This document shows, piece after piece, positions 24,032 to 36,480 of a stretch of 64,000 nt of DNA. The position numbers and the translations under genes were made by a program. The stretch is from assembly GCA_951406725.2 (NCBI GenBank), contig OX597831.1, forward strand, positions 29,140,001 through 29,204,000. Reading direction: 5' to 3'. How positions within the stretch are numbered: position 1 is the first letter of the stretch; the number at the start of each line of letters is the position of its first letter. This DNA is from Octopus vulgaris (taxonomy: Eukaryota). The notes beneath the pieces were generated by a model, which saw only the letters and a list, made by a program, of their open reading frames with translations, made no database searches and was not told the DNA's origin.

Positions 24032-26534
24032 TTAAGCAGCTGTGCTTTGATAGTTGGATTAAGAGAGCGAGGGAAGTGTGTACTATATTTGCCGACATGC
24101 AAGTTAATGTAGTATATAGTGTAAACATGGAGTGTATAGTATATCACAAAAACATGGTGTAAACATTTAAATGACATCACAATCTTTCTAAATCCTGCAG
24201 TATTTCACAAGGAATTTTCTATCCTCCAAAATCGCCTCAGTGTACCATTTTCTTCCAGAAATTTGGGTGTGAAAAAATTTGACTTGTATGCAAGAAAATA
24301 TGGTAACTATTTGTTTTAGATTATGGTAAATTCAAATAAGTGAGGGCATGTATGGATGTTTAATCATTGTTATGGGTGTGCTACTTAACCCTTTAGCATT
24401 CAAACTAGCCATATCTGACTAAAATATTCTGTTTTCTGCTCAAAATGGCCTGATGTGGCCTCTCGCACCTACCCAACAATGTCATTCTAAATTCTAAAAA
24501 TAAATGATAGACACAAGTGTGGATGTGTGGTAAGAAGTCTGCTTCCCAGCCACATGGTTCTAAGTTCAGTCCCACTGCACGGTACCTTGGGCAAGTGCCT
24601 TCTACTATAGCCTAGGGAAGATCAAAGCCTTGTGAGTGGATTTAGTAGATGGAAACTGAAAGATAGCCTGTGTGTGTGTGTCCCTACCACTGCTTGACAA
24701 CTGATGTTAGTGTGTTTATGTCCCTGTAACTTAGCAGTTCGGCAAAAGAGATCAATAGAATAAGTAGCAAATTTTTTTTTTTAAATTAGTACTCAGGTAG
24801 ATTCATTTGACTACAAATTCTTCAAGGTGGTGTCCTAACATGGCCACCACAAGTAACAGGTAGAAGCTAAATCACATTTGTAAAGTTGCTGGCATTAGGA
24901 AGGGCATCCAGCTGTAGAAACCATACCAAAACAGACTATGGAACCTGATGGGGCTTTTGGCCTTCCTGGCTCCAGTTGAAACAGCCAACCCATGCCAGTA
25001 TGGAAAACAGACGTTAAACGATGAGGATCATGACGAAGATGACATCATCAAAATCTTGAAGCTACAAGACACGGTATGACTAATTCAAACAATGTTAACA
25101 AATAAGCATGACATTTGAGAGAGCAATCTGAATGCTAAATGGATAAAGGAAGGGCTATACATGTATGGCGCTTTGATTGAGGGCAGTGTGTTGATGCATG
25201 TGTGTAACTTCAAGTGAAGGTTGTGTGTTTGTGTGTTGCTTCAAATGAGGGCTGTGCAGGTGTGTTACCTGAATTTAAGAACCAATACTAGGTTGTTTTG
25301 TTTTAAGCCTTTGACTAAGGGTAGTCCAGTTGTGACCATCCCAATCATTAAATAATTCCATTCATCTGATGCACTGCTTTCCTTATTTAAAACAGTAGAG
25401 CGTGACTTTTGAGAAATGTGGCTGCTATCTCTGGCATACCAAGTGACCACATAGAGGCTTCTTCATTAGGTACCAGTAATGTACATAGGGCACTAAGTAA
25501 CTTTTACCTTTTCCTCCAAATATTTTGTGCTAATGAGAGAGGTCCTTAATATTATGGTATATATTAAGGCACAGGCATGGCTATGTGGGTAAGAAGCTTG
25601 CTTCTCAACCCTGTGACTTTGGGTTCAGTCCCACTCTGTGACACCTTAGGTAAGTGACTTCTACTATAAACCTTAGCTGATGAAAGCCTTGTGAGTGGAT
25701 TTAGTGGACCGAAACTGAAACCTATCATATATGTATATATAGGCACAGGTATAGCTGTGTGGTAAGAAGCTTGCTTTCCCAACCACATGGTTCTGAGTTC
25801 AGTCCCACTGCGTGGAACCTTGGGCAAGTGTATTCTACTATAGCCTTGGGGCCTACCAAACCTTTGTGAGTGGATTTGGTAGACAGAAACAAAAAGAAGC
25901 CTATTGTATGTATGTGAATGTGTGTTTGTTCCCCACCACTGCTTGACAACCAGTGTTGGTGTGTTAATGGCCCCCTAACTTAGCAGTTCAGCAAAAGGGT
26001 CTGATGGAATAAGTACCAGGCTCAAAAAAACAAAAAAATAAGTATTGTAGACAATCCATTCAACTAAAAATTCTTCAAGGCGGTGCCCCAGCACGGCCAC
26101 AGTCTAATGATTGAAACGAGTAAAAGATATATGTGTATGTGTGTGTGTCCTTGTATTAACATAGGATGATAGTTGTAAACAAGTATTGTTTGTTTCCAGT
26201 CTCTCATAAAAACATGTCTAGCCACAGGAAATATTATTACCTAACTTGGAAAGTGGTGAGGGTCAACAACAGAAAGGGCATTTGGCTTTAGAAAATCTAC
26301 CTCAGCAAATTCCATCTGACCCACCCCATGCAATCATAGAAATGTGGACGTTAGACTAATGATGGTTATTAATATATTGTATCCAGGGTTACGGAAAGGC
26401 GACAACCTTCAAAGAAATACAGAGTGGAGCCCCGTAGGTGGTTTAGTGTTCGACTCGACATTCTTCTGGCGGCGCCTGCAACCAAGCTGGTGCTAAACGT
26501 AATGATCTGCACTCCTTTGGACTATGTCAGCAAG

Positions 26535-26793
26535 ATACAGTTCTATATTTAAGAGATGAGAAATTATGTACATTATTTACATTCGACAGATATTTGTCCT
26601 CATCTTGTTTGTTGTTAACACAACATTTCGGCTGATATACCCTCCAGCCTTCTTCAGGTGTCTTGGGCAATAAGAACCCAGGTTCGAAATTTACCCAAGA
26701 CACCTGAAGATGGCTGGAGGGTATATCAGCTGAAATGCTGCGTTAACAACAAACAAGATGAGGACAAATATCCGTCGAATGTAAATAATGTAC
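26535..26793. mobile_element. Palindromic Penelope-like element with inverted minimal hammerheads and TSD
   Basis: 100-bp arms at 26568-26667 and 26694-26793, each with CTGAAGA-GGCTG/CAGCC-GAAA. Flanked by the TA(T/C)GTCAGCAAG duplication (26523-26534 and 26791-26802). Confidence 0.8.
26618..26661 (-). ncRNA. Minimal type I hammerhead motif
   Basis: Minus strand reads ACAC-CTGAAGA-A-GGCTG(10 nt)CAGCC-GAAA-TG-TT-GTGT. The mirror copy on plus (26700-26743) is more decayed. Confidence 0.55.
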
Positions 26794-28439
26794 GTCAGCA
26801 AGGTTGAGAGAGGAATCCTGACGATTGGGCTACCCATGATTTTCTTATATCTAGCCCAGGCCCGCGCAAAACTGGAGTAAAAACCAGACTGGATTATTTT
26901 ATGCGTAACTTCATTGTCTCCCGAGACAAAAGGATGCCAACAACAACAATTGTAATTCTTAAGTCCCAAGTTCAAATCCTGCCAGCAGAGTACCTTAACT
27001 TACGACCCCTTTGGTGGGGAAACAGTCAAAAATAGCTAAGTACACTTGTCAAGTACTGAAGTTGATTTTAAACTGATTGTGGTCCTTCCCCTAAAGCCCA
27101 CGGAAAAGTAAGGGACCACAATTATTAAGCTTCCCTCCCTGTGCTTGAATTAGAAACCAATATTGTTGCTATTATTCTTTTAATTTTTATACTTGTTTCA
27201 CTCATTTGATTATGGTCATGCTGGAGCACTGCCTTAAAGGGTCTTAGTCGAAAAAATTGACCTCTCCACCCTACTACATACAGAAGCCAACAATGGGCTT
27301 GTTCACTCAAGCTGTACTTGTTACACTCACTCAACTTTCAGCAGAATAACTCGAGTGCAGTGTCTCCCTCTCCAAGCTGTTAATAACAATGGTGATAACC
27401 CTCGCAGTTATATGCACAAAGACAAGGCCTGAAATTATGGGAGTGAGGGCTAGTCGATTATATCAACAACCCCTACTTCGTGCTCAAGTGGTGCTTATTT
27501 CCTGAACTCCAAAATGATGAAGGGAAAAGTCAACCACTTGGAATTGAAACTCAAAATGTAAAGACAGATGTAATGTTGCTAACTATTTTATTTGGTTGAT
27601 AATTCCGCTAGATGAAAAATGAATTTTAGTAGCAGTCAAGGGTTTAGCAGATTAAATAAACCCCACACACTTTGATCAGTACTTATTGACCATCCAAATG
27701 GGTGCTAGCTAGGATCAACTCTGTAATCAGGATTTGAACCTGGGACCTATGAGGTGGGGCTTTGGGTAAAAGGAAATACAGGAGGATCAGTTAATTATGA
27801 TTTTATTCAACATATTCCCCTCCTAGATTTGCACACTTATTGTAACAGTCCTTCAGTTTTTCTAAGCCCAGTAAAAAAACTCGAAAGGTTGGGCCTTTTG
27901 CAATACCCTTAATGACAGGAACTTTTCAGCACCCCTCATAATTAAATTGTGGCACTCCATCAGTTATAACAACAAGTGTTCCAGTCAATCCAATCAACAG
28001 GACAGCCTGCTTGTGAAGTTAACATGCAAGTGGCTGACAACTTCACAGACACGTGTACCCTTAATGTAGTTCTCAGGGAAATTCAGCGTGACATAGAGTG
28101 TGACAAGGCTGACCCTTTGAAATATAAGTACGACAGAAACAGAAAGAAAGAATGAGAGAAAGTTGTGGTGAAAGATTACAGCAGGGTTTGCCACCAGCCC
28201 CTGCTGGAGCCTCATGGACTTTTAAGTGTTTTCACTTAATAAGCATTCACAATGCCTGGTCTGTGAATCGAAACTGCGATCTTACGACCGCAAGTCCACT
28301 GCCCTAACCACTGGGCCATTGCGCATCCACATAATTAAATAGGTTAGCATTAACAATAACGACGATTTGCAGCCTCACACCATCTTGCTTTTACTCCTTG
28401 TAATGTCCTCTCATCTGTTGCCCTTGTGACAAATCAAAA

Positions 28440-28770
28440 ATTTTTTATTATTAGTAATGTCGAACAGCTGTTGTCGCATGTAGAACGCATTTGATTATCA
28501 GCCAAGTCCATCATGAGAATCACGCCACCACCCACCTTTAACAAAGCAAAGTAGACAGTGTTCCTCTGACCAGTAGCTATAGCAAAAGAAGTCATGTGGT
28601 GGACAAGGCTGAAAGGATTCTGGAAAGCACCTTCCTCTTCTGTCAAACCCTCGGGAAAAAATGTGAGGGTAGAGAGAGAGAAGTGCTCTGTCCCAATGTA
28701 TTTTTCATAAAGTGGGTGACTGTGGTGAAAATAATAAGGGCAAATGGACCTACTGTAAGCATGTGCCCGT
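28440..28770 (+). mobile_element. Degenerate Tx1/L1-like LINE 3' fragment
   Basis: Translation VAIAKEVMWWTRLKG resembles VAMVKDVVWKSRMKS in the 51732-52052 element. Confidence 0.5.
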
Positions 28771-31770
28771 AGAGAACAATAGCTGGGTGAAGGCTCATGC
28801 CTTCAGTAGCCTGAGTAATCCTGGATCTGTGGGGTTCCTTCAATGACCCTAGTTGAAGGGTCACCTGCATTAGGAGAAATGCATCATTCATGTATTCACA
28901 GACTTTTTTTATACTATGTATACTTTTTATTACATTTCACCCTCTTTTCTCTTTCTCCTCCTTTTATATATATCCCTCCCCCTACAAAACCTGTAGACTG
29001 TCCATATGAGGACCCCCTATTTATGTCCCTATGGCAAATAAAAGCAATCATTATTGTTGTTGTTGTTATTATTATTATTATAGGTCAACTTTGTCTTTCA
29101 TCCTTTTGGAGTCAGTAAATTAAGTACCAGTTAAATACTGGGGTCGATGTAATCAACTAATCCCCTCCCCCAAAATTTCAGGCCTCTTGCTGATAGTAGA
29201 AAAGATTATTATTATTATTAGGTGGCAAAATGCTTAGCAGAATTCTGTCTGTTCAAAGTTCAAATTCCACCATGATTGACTTTGCCTTTCAGGCCTTGTC
29301 CCTATAAAAGAAAGGATTGTTACTACTACTGCTACTACTATTATTATGATTATTAAGGTGGTGAACTGGTAGAATTGTCTGTATGTTAGACAAATGTTTA
29401 GTGGTATTTTGTCTGTCTTAATGTCCAAAGTTCAAATTCCACCAAGAACAACTATGCTTTCACCCTTGAAAGGACAACAGAATGAGTAGCAGTTGAGCAG
29501 TGGGGGGGGGGGATGTAGTTGACAAATGCCCTCCCCCAAAATTTCTAGCATTTCATCCTTCTGAGTTCAAATTCAGCCGAGGTCGACTTTACCTTTCATC
29601 CTTTTAGGGTCGATAAATTAAGTACCTGTGAAACACTAGGGTCAATGTAATTGACTAGTCCCCTCCCCCCAAAATTTCTGGCATTGTGCCTTTAGTAGAA
29701 AAGATTATTATTATAGAGTAAGAGAGCAGTGCATGCCATCAAAGTGACACTGGGGTAAAATATACAAAGCCCAGTATACCCATCATGACTACTCGTCTGA
29801 TAAGGGTACACTAGGCACATGCATCACAAACAACCATATGTGCACGACATGGTGATCTCATATCAAGATTAACAGCGCATGACCTTGCAGTTGGGACCCA
29901 GTTAGAATTTTCTTCTGGTCGAGTAGCCCATCCCGCTCAAAAGATCCCTGAATAAGGATTGCTTAAGGATGTTGAACGAACCACTCCACCCATGTTTCCA
30001 AAGGTGGATTATCCAAACCTCTAAGAATTCCTTTCAACACACGGCTATGATGCTCTCCCACTACTTCTGCTCGTGATCAGCGATGCACATATCGTCAGCC
30101 ACTAAGGGACATGCTCAACTGGTTAAGGTCAAACAACTGACAAGCAAATCTGTGGTATTGAGCAGAATATTTGCTCTAGCCCATCTTTTATACCAAGACA
30201 AAACAATGTACATGATAAGACTTCCAATCATTTAAGATGAGAAGCTATGAAAGCCTATTTGGGGAATAAGGGTTGGTGGAGCCCACCGTCAGTTGAACAA
30301 ATCTCACCTTGTTATTGTTGTTGGTCAGCCCTGATCCAACAGACCTATCATCAAAACTATTCCAACCACGGCCATCCCAACATTTCTTCAGACAGTGTAT
30401 TTATGACAACATTAATCAAAATGACCACTGATCAGCTTAATTGAGGATTGGATTAATTAACACCCACCCACCTCACCTCACCATCAGTTGATTGACAAGT
30501 AATCGCATCGACAACAAAAGTTGTCTGCAGTTGTTATTTAACATCAGGCCACTCCTCATCAAACACATCCGACCACGACCATCACATTGATTCAGTCGTA
30601 ATTTATCTGAAAACTACATTATCCAATGTCCTCTCTTTCGTTTAACAGTAGGAGATTTACCTGCTATTTCTAACAGGTCAACGGTAATAGTGGTGGTGGC
30701 GGTGGTAGTAGTAGTAGTGGTGGTGGTGGTGGTAGTAGTAGTAGTAGAAGCTTGCAGTATCAGTAATGTAACACATGTGTGGTTGTTGCCCTTGTGACCA
30801 AATGGCATATCATTATCAACAATTATGATAATAATGTTTTGCAACAAAGACACACACACACACAACCAGAAATGTTGTAGGGGAAGGTGTGATGGTGGTG
30901 GTGGCGGTGGGGAACGGCGGGGGATGGATGGCCATGTTCGATTATACGATTACATGTATACGAATTCCACCCATCCACCAACACACACACACACACACAA
31001 CACCACACCTACCTGATTACTACGTGATTGGTATCGATTCCCTCTCCCCACCCACCCCGGAAAGGTAAGGTGTAAAATAGTAAAAGCTGACCTCGGCCAG
31101 AATAATAATAAAAAAAAAAAAACCCATGAGAGTCTGTCGGACGCTCAACCGATTCTGAATGTCACAAAAAAAAACATCGTTGCAATGTTTATACGCCTCT
31201 TCCTTACCATGATCACACAGGATCGAATGTCAAGCGATATTCCTTCCCACCAGGGGCCCTATTTCACACGGGACAAATTACCCTGTTAATCAATGTACCT
31301 TTATTATTATCATTATTTATAATTAATTCTGCCGGGGTCGACTTTGCTTTTCATCCTACCAGGCTGTCGACAAAATACGTACCAGTTGGACACAGAGGTC
31401 GATGTAATCGGTTAATGCCCTCCCCCGCGGAAATTCCAGGATTTGCGGCTATAGTAGAATATTATTAATCTTACCCTCTCTTCATTGTTATATATATATC
31501 ATATACCGATGCGTCGTTATTTTAATTAGTATTATATTGGGGTGATCTAGCCCCCTTTTTTAATGCAAGTAAATACACCCCATCCCCACTGTCCCTTATT
31601 TCTCTCCGGATTTCATCTTTGTCCTATTGCCAACGTCTCGGGGCCAACAATAAAAGAAACCACCACCATTATTATTATTATTATTATTATTATTCCTGCT
31701 TTGTCTGTCAGTCTATTATATATTTACAATATATATACATACACACCTGTGTGTGTGTTTATATATATAT

Positions 31771-31818
31771 GTGTCTACACACCTGAATGTATAGACACTT
31801 AGGCGTGTGTGTGTGTGC

Positions 31819-31863
<45 letters not shown>

Positions 31864-31906
31864 GACACACACACCTGAGTGCCTATACATTCAGGTGTGT
31901 AGACAC
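31771..31906. repeat. Inverted repeat with about 42-bp arms around a (TA)n loop
   Basis: GTGTCTACACACCTGAATGTATAGACACTTAGGCGTGTG pairs with CACACCTGAGTGCCTATACATTCAGGTGTGTAGACAC. Confidence 0.9.
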
Positions 31907-32245
31907 CTTTCACTGGACGGAACCCAATCATGATGACGTTACAGGACAGGAAGCTAACCTGTTTCCAGGACACACAGAGCTCATATACATTGAGTGTGTA
32001 TGTGATGTGATGTGCGTGTATATATATATATATTATACATATATATTATATGTATTATACATGCACGGCTATAATATATGCGCATATAAAGAGAATATCT
32101 ATTATGTAAACGCAGAGTCTGTATTGCATGTGTGTATGTGTGTGTGTGTGTAATATATACGTTCCATCAAATCGGTGTATATGTTTATGCATGTATTACG
32201 CCCCATTCAATAATATATATACATATATATATATATACACACATC

Positions 32246-32280
<35 letters not shown>

Positions 32281-32360
32281 ACCTTCACCTATGAATATAA
32301 ACTCAACACAGTGTATTGAGTGCTCTTTTTTTTTACTTTCGTCTGCACACACATTAAGGC

Positions 32361-32409
<49 letters not shown>

Positions 32410-32442
32410 GCTGAGACCCTAATGGAAAGATCGCCATTTATG

Positions 32443-32480
<38 letters not shown>

Positions 32481-32564
32481 GTCCCATACGTGTAGTCACT
32501 GCCATTGTGTGTAAACAAAAGTAGTCTTCCATATAGATGTATGTCGTGTGTGTGTATATAATAT

Positions 32565-32595
<31 letters not shown>

Positions 32596-32902
32596 AGTAT
32601 AGAAAGAGAGACACACATACATGGACATTTATGTTTAACTGTGTGTCAATACGAGTATATATATATATATATATGTTAGTAATATAGTAATGTGCACACT
32701 ACATCTAATATATACCATCCCATACACGTACAGACCATATAATACACACGCCTGTTTAGATATACATATATCTGTATCTGTGCTTATACATGTTTATATA
32801 TACATATTTATATATACATGGCACTGATCGCTGTATATATGTCTATAATTCGTGTATACAGCATTTTCAAAGTGAATGATACGTATATATATAGTCACTT
32901 AC

Positions 32903-32953
32903 CTGTGTATATAGATGTGACACCATAGACTCAGAGTAATCCGATACTGCCAT
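32903..32953 (-). CDS. Candidate first coding exon (MAVSDYSESMVSHLYTQ) of an unidentified gene transcribed leftwards
   Basis: Strong start context GGCAAAATGG, 17 open codons, then a perfect phase-0 donor CAG|GTAAGT. It is a unique sequence island within low-complexity DNA. No homology recognised. Confidence 0.55.
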
Positions 32954-33629
32954 TTTGCCACCAAAATACAGGCAACGTCTCTCAACCTTTTTATTTTATG
33001 ATATATAAATATATATATATACAGATATATATATATATTTAAATATATATATATAGTTAGTGTTTAGTATGTAGTATATACATCCGCATGTGTGTATATA
33101 GAAGTAGTGTTTCTAGAGAGAGGGAGTGACTTTCTTCCTAAGCCCTCTCTTCTCCTTCAATGATATGTACAGACAGATATACATGTGTGTACCTGTTGTA
33201 GCTGGGATGGATAGTGTGTGTGTGTGTGTGTGTGCGTGTGTATATATATATATATATATATTTTGTGTGTGTGGTGGTATGTGAACGTATATTATATCTG
33301 TTTATATGTATGTATATATGTCCGTTTGTGAATCTGTCAGTATGATATCTGCCTAATTTGTGTATGTATGTGCGTATTGTATCTGTGTATTATGTCTGTG
33401 TGTATGTTTGTGTGTGTAGTTGTGTGTACTTTTATTGTGGGTGGGGGTGGGGGGGGGTATCTCGAGATTTCTTGTTTTCTTTTGTTTTTGTTTTTTATTT
33501 CTTTTTCACAAGTTTGACAAGAAAAGAATTTTATCAAAAGATAAAAAAAAAAACAATAATTAAATAAAATATTTAAAAACAAAGGAAGGGAAACGGTTGA
33601 AAAACAAAGAGAGAGAGAGAGAGGTAGAC

Positions 33630-33664
<35 letters not shown>

Positions 33665-34480
33665 AAAGAAAGAACAAAGAAAGGAGAGAAATAGAAGAAA
33701 GTTAGAAAGAAAGAATGAAAGAAAACAGACACGGAGAGACAGACAGACAGACTGACATTCAACAAGTTACCACCAACATCATCATCCTGATCTCTACTGT
33801 GTTGTCAATGATGATGATTGTGGTGAGTGTTGTAGTGGACTGTGGTGGTGGTGATGGTGGTGGTGGTGCAGGTAGCGAAGGTTGATTGATAAATTGGTAA
33901 ACGGTTTGGTTTGGTTTGGTAAATTCCAGTAATTAGAATAAATAATTAATCCACACTGGTAGTTTACAGAAAGGTGTAGTTATTTGTTAAATGGTTTGAA
34001 ACGATTCCAGTGCTGTTTTACATTAATGACAATTAATTTAATTAGTTAATTAATTGATCAATCCAGTACAGGATGCAGTAGAAAGAGTGGTGCCGCTTGT
34101 TGTTAATGATTAGCTTCGTTACCGTTTCTGTTAGAATGGCTTGGCTTGGCTTGGTTTGGTTCGGTTAGGTTCCAGTCCTATATATTATTATTACTATTAC
34201 TATTATTATTATTATTATAATGTATACACGCTGTGAAGTATTTATAATACATTAGAGGTGACGATGACAATGTAGTATAGTAGTATAGGTGCTGGATGTA
34301 GTGGAGGTGGTGGTGGTGGTGGTTGTCGTTGGTAACAGCGGTTGTTATTTGTTATTGTATATAGTGTGATATAGTGCGGAGGGAACTGGATTGTCGAAAT
34401 ATTCTTTTTAATCTTCCTTTCTCTATATTCTATTCCTTCTTTATCTCTTTCTACCTCTCTCAATATAATATATATATATA

Positions 34481-34555
<75 letters not shown>

Positions 34556-34674
34556 AGATGTATGTATATGTATGTATATATGACACTTACTCTTTCACCG
34601 GGATGCTTCTTTAATAACCTTAATTATTATTGTCAACTCTTGCTGGTTAATAAATGAAACATAATTATTTTAAT

Positions 34675-34710
<36 letters not shown>

Positions 34711-34728
34711 GCCTAGAATATCACATGG

Positions 34729-34801
<73 letters not shown>

Positions 34802-34933
34802 AGCTGTGTGTTTCTATGTCCAGGGGAGATTGTTGTTGGCGTGCTCCGTTATTTTCTATGAATGAAGAAAGATCAATGAACGAAGAGAAGCAACAGTGTG
34901 TATATATACATCTATATATACGTGTGTGTAGTG

Positions 34934-34971
<38 letters not shown>

Positions 34972-35369
34972 TATATTTATATATATAATGATATGTATGT
35001 ATATGCCTGTGGAAAGTTTATTTACGTAGACATCAGCGGTATCAACATCATATAGTATAATTTTTTTCCTTCTCAAACACGCATTTTTTAAATCTGGCCA
35101 TCCATAATTATATATGCATATATATTTATGAATTTCTGTATAAATTTGTGTTTGTGTCTCTGTAGGAATGTATTGCGAGACAGGGAAAAGAAGTCAACTT
35201 TCCATCAAACCTGACACGCTGTAGCCATTTTTATGTGTCTCTCTCTCTTTCTCTCTCTCCCCCTCTCTCTTAGTAAATGGCCAGAGCGAGGCTGGGAGCG
35301 AGCGGTATGAGGTGCGGGCAGAGGTGTATTGAGATAGAGAGGATTGGCAGGTAGATAGATAGGACGTAG

Positions 35370-36480
35370 TGAGTAAATGAGAGCGAGCACAGAGAGAGAA
35401 AACAGAGAGAGAGAGAGAGAGAGAGAAGCGACTATCCAAGAGAAAAAGAGAGGGAAAGAAGGGAGTGTAAAGGTATAGAAAGACAAAATCAGAGAAGGGG
35501 TGAAGGAATGAGTGAGTGAGAGGGAAGTGACTATGTGTGTGAGAAAGAGAGAGAGAGACAGCTATGTAAGAGGGAAAGAGAAAGAGAGAGAGGCACTATG
35601 TAACAGAATGAGAGAAAGAAAGAAGTCGAAAAGCTGATATTTTGAGAGAGAGAGAAGCAAGTATGCGAGGGATTGCGAAAGGATATGGGAAGCTACATAG
35701 AAAAAGAGATGGAGGAGATAGAACCAAGCATGTGAGGAAGAATGAGAAGAATAGAAAGGCTAATAAGAAAGAGCGAGAGAGAGAAACAAGTATTTGAAAG
35801 GGACTGAAAAGAAAAGAAAGATAGATAAATAAGTGAAAGAGTGTGAAAGATATAAAGGATAGGATGGGAAAGTGGGGGAAGAGTGAAAGGAATAGAGAGT
35901 AAGATAGTATGAGAGAGTGAGAGTGAGTAAGCGGAAAGAAAGGGAAGGGTAAGAAAGGTAAAGCGTGGTTGGGATGGAGAACGTAAGAGGAAGGGAAGAA
36001 TATATTAAAGAGAAAGTAAGCACTGAGACGGGGAAGAAAGTAGAAAGTGAGTGGAGAGAGGATAGATATAGATGGAGAAAGAGAGAGTAGCTGTCAGAGG
36101 AAGGGCAAAGTAGAAAGAGAGGTAGAGATTCAGAAAAAGAGTGAAAGAAAGGAAGAGAGAGGGAGAAAAAGTAGAGAAAGAAACGGAGAGGAAAAGGAAG
36201 ACCGAGAGGGAAAGAGGGAGGGAGGGAGAGAGAAAATGAATCTTGAGGAGTGTGAACAAGTAAGGAAGGTGACAAGGTAAAAATAGTTGAGATACAGGGG
36301 GAGGATGAAAACAATGAGAGAGGAACGAGAGGAAATAATGTAGAAGAGGAGGGGAAGGAGGAGAACAATAGAGAGGGGGTCGGGTTAGGAGTAAATAAAG
36401 TTAAGAGGTTGAAATAAAGGGAGATTGTGAGAGAGAGAGAGAGAGGGAGGAGGGAAGAGGAGAAATAACGAGAGACAAAA
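35370..36480. repeat. About 1.1-kb GA-rich polypurine tract
   Basis: Almost exclusively G and A on the plus strand. It lies upstream of the candidate minus-strand gene. Confidence 0.9.

Noticed and set aside
35760-36368. 202-aa Leu/Ser/Phe-rich ORF resembling a membrane protein
   Set aside because: It is the reverse complement of the GA-rich tract, a compositional artefact.
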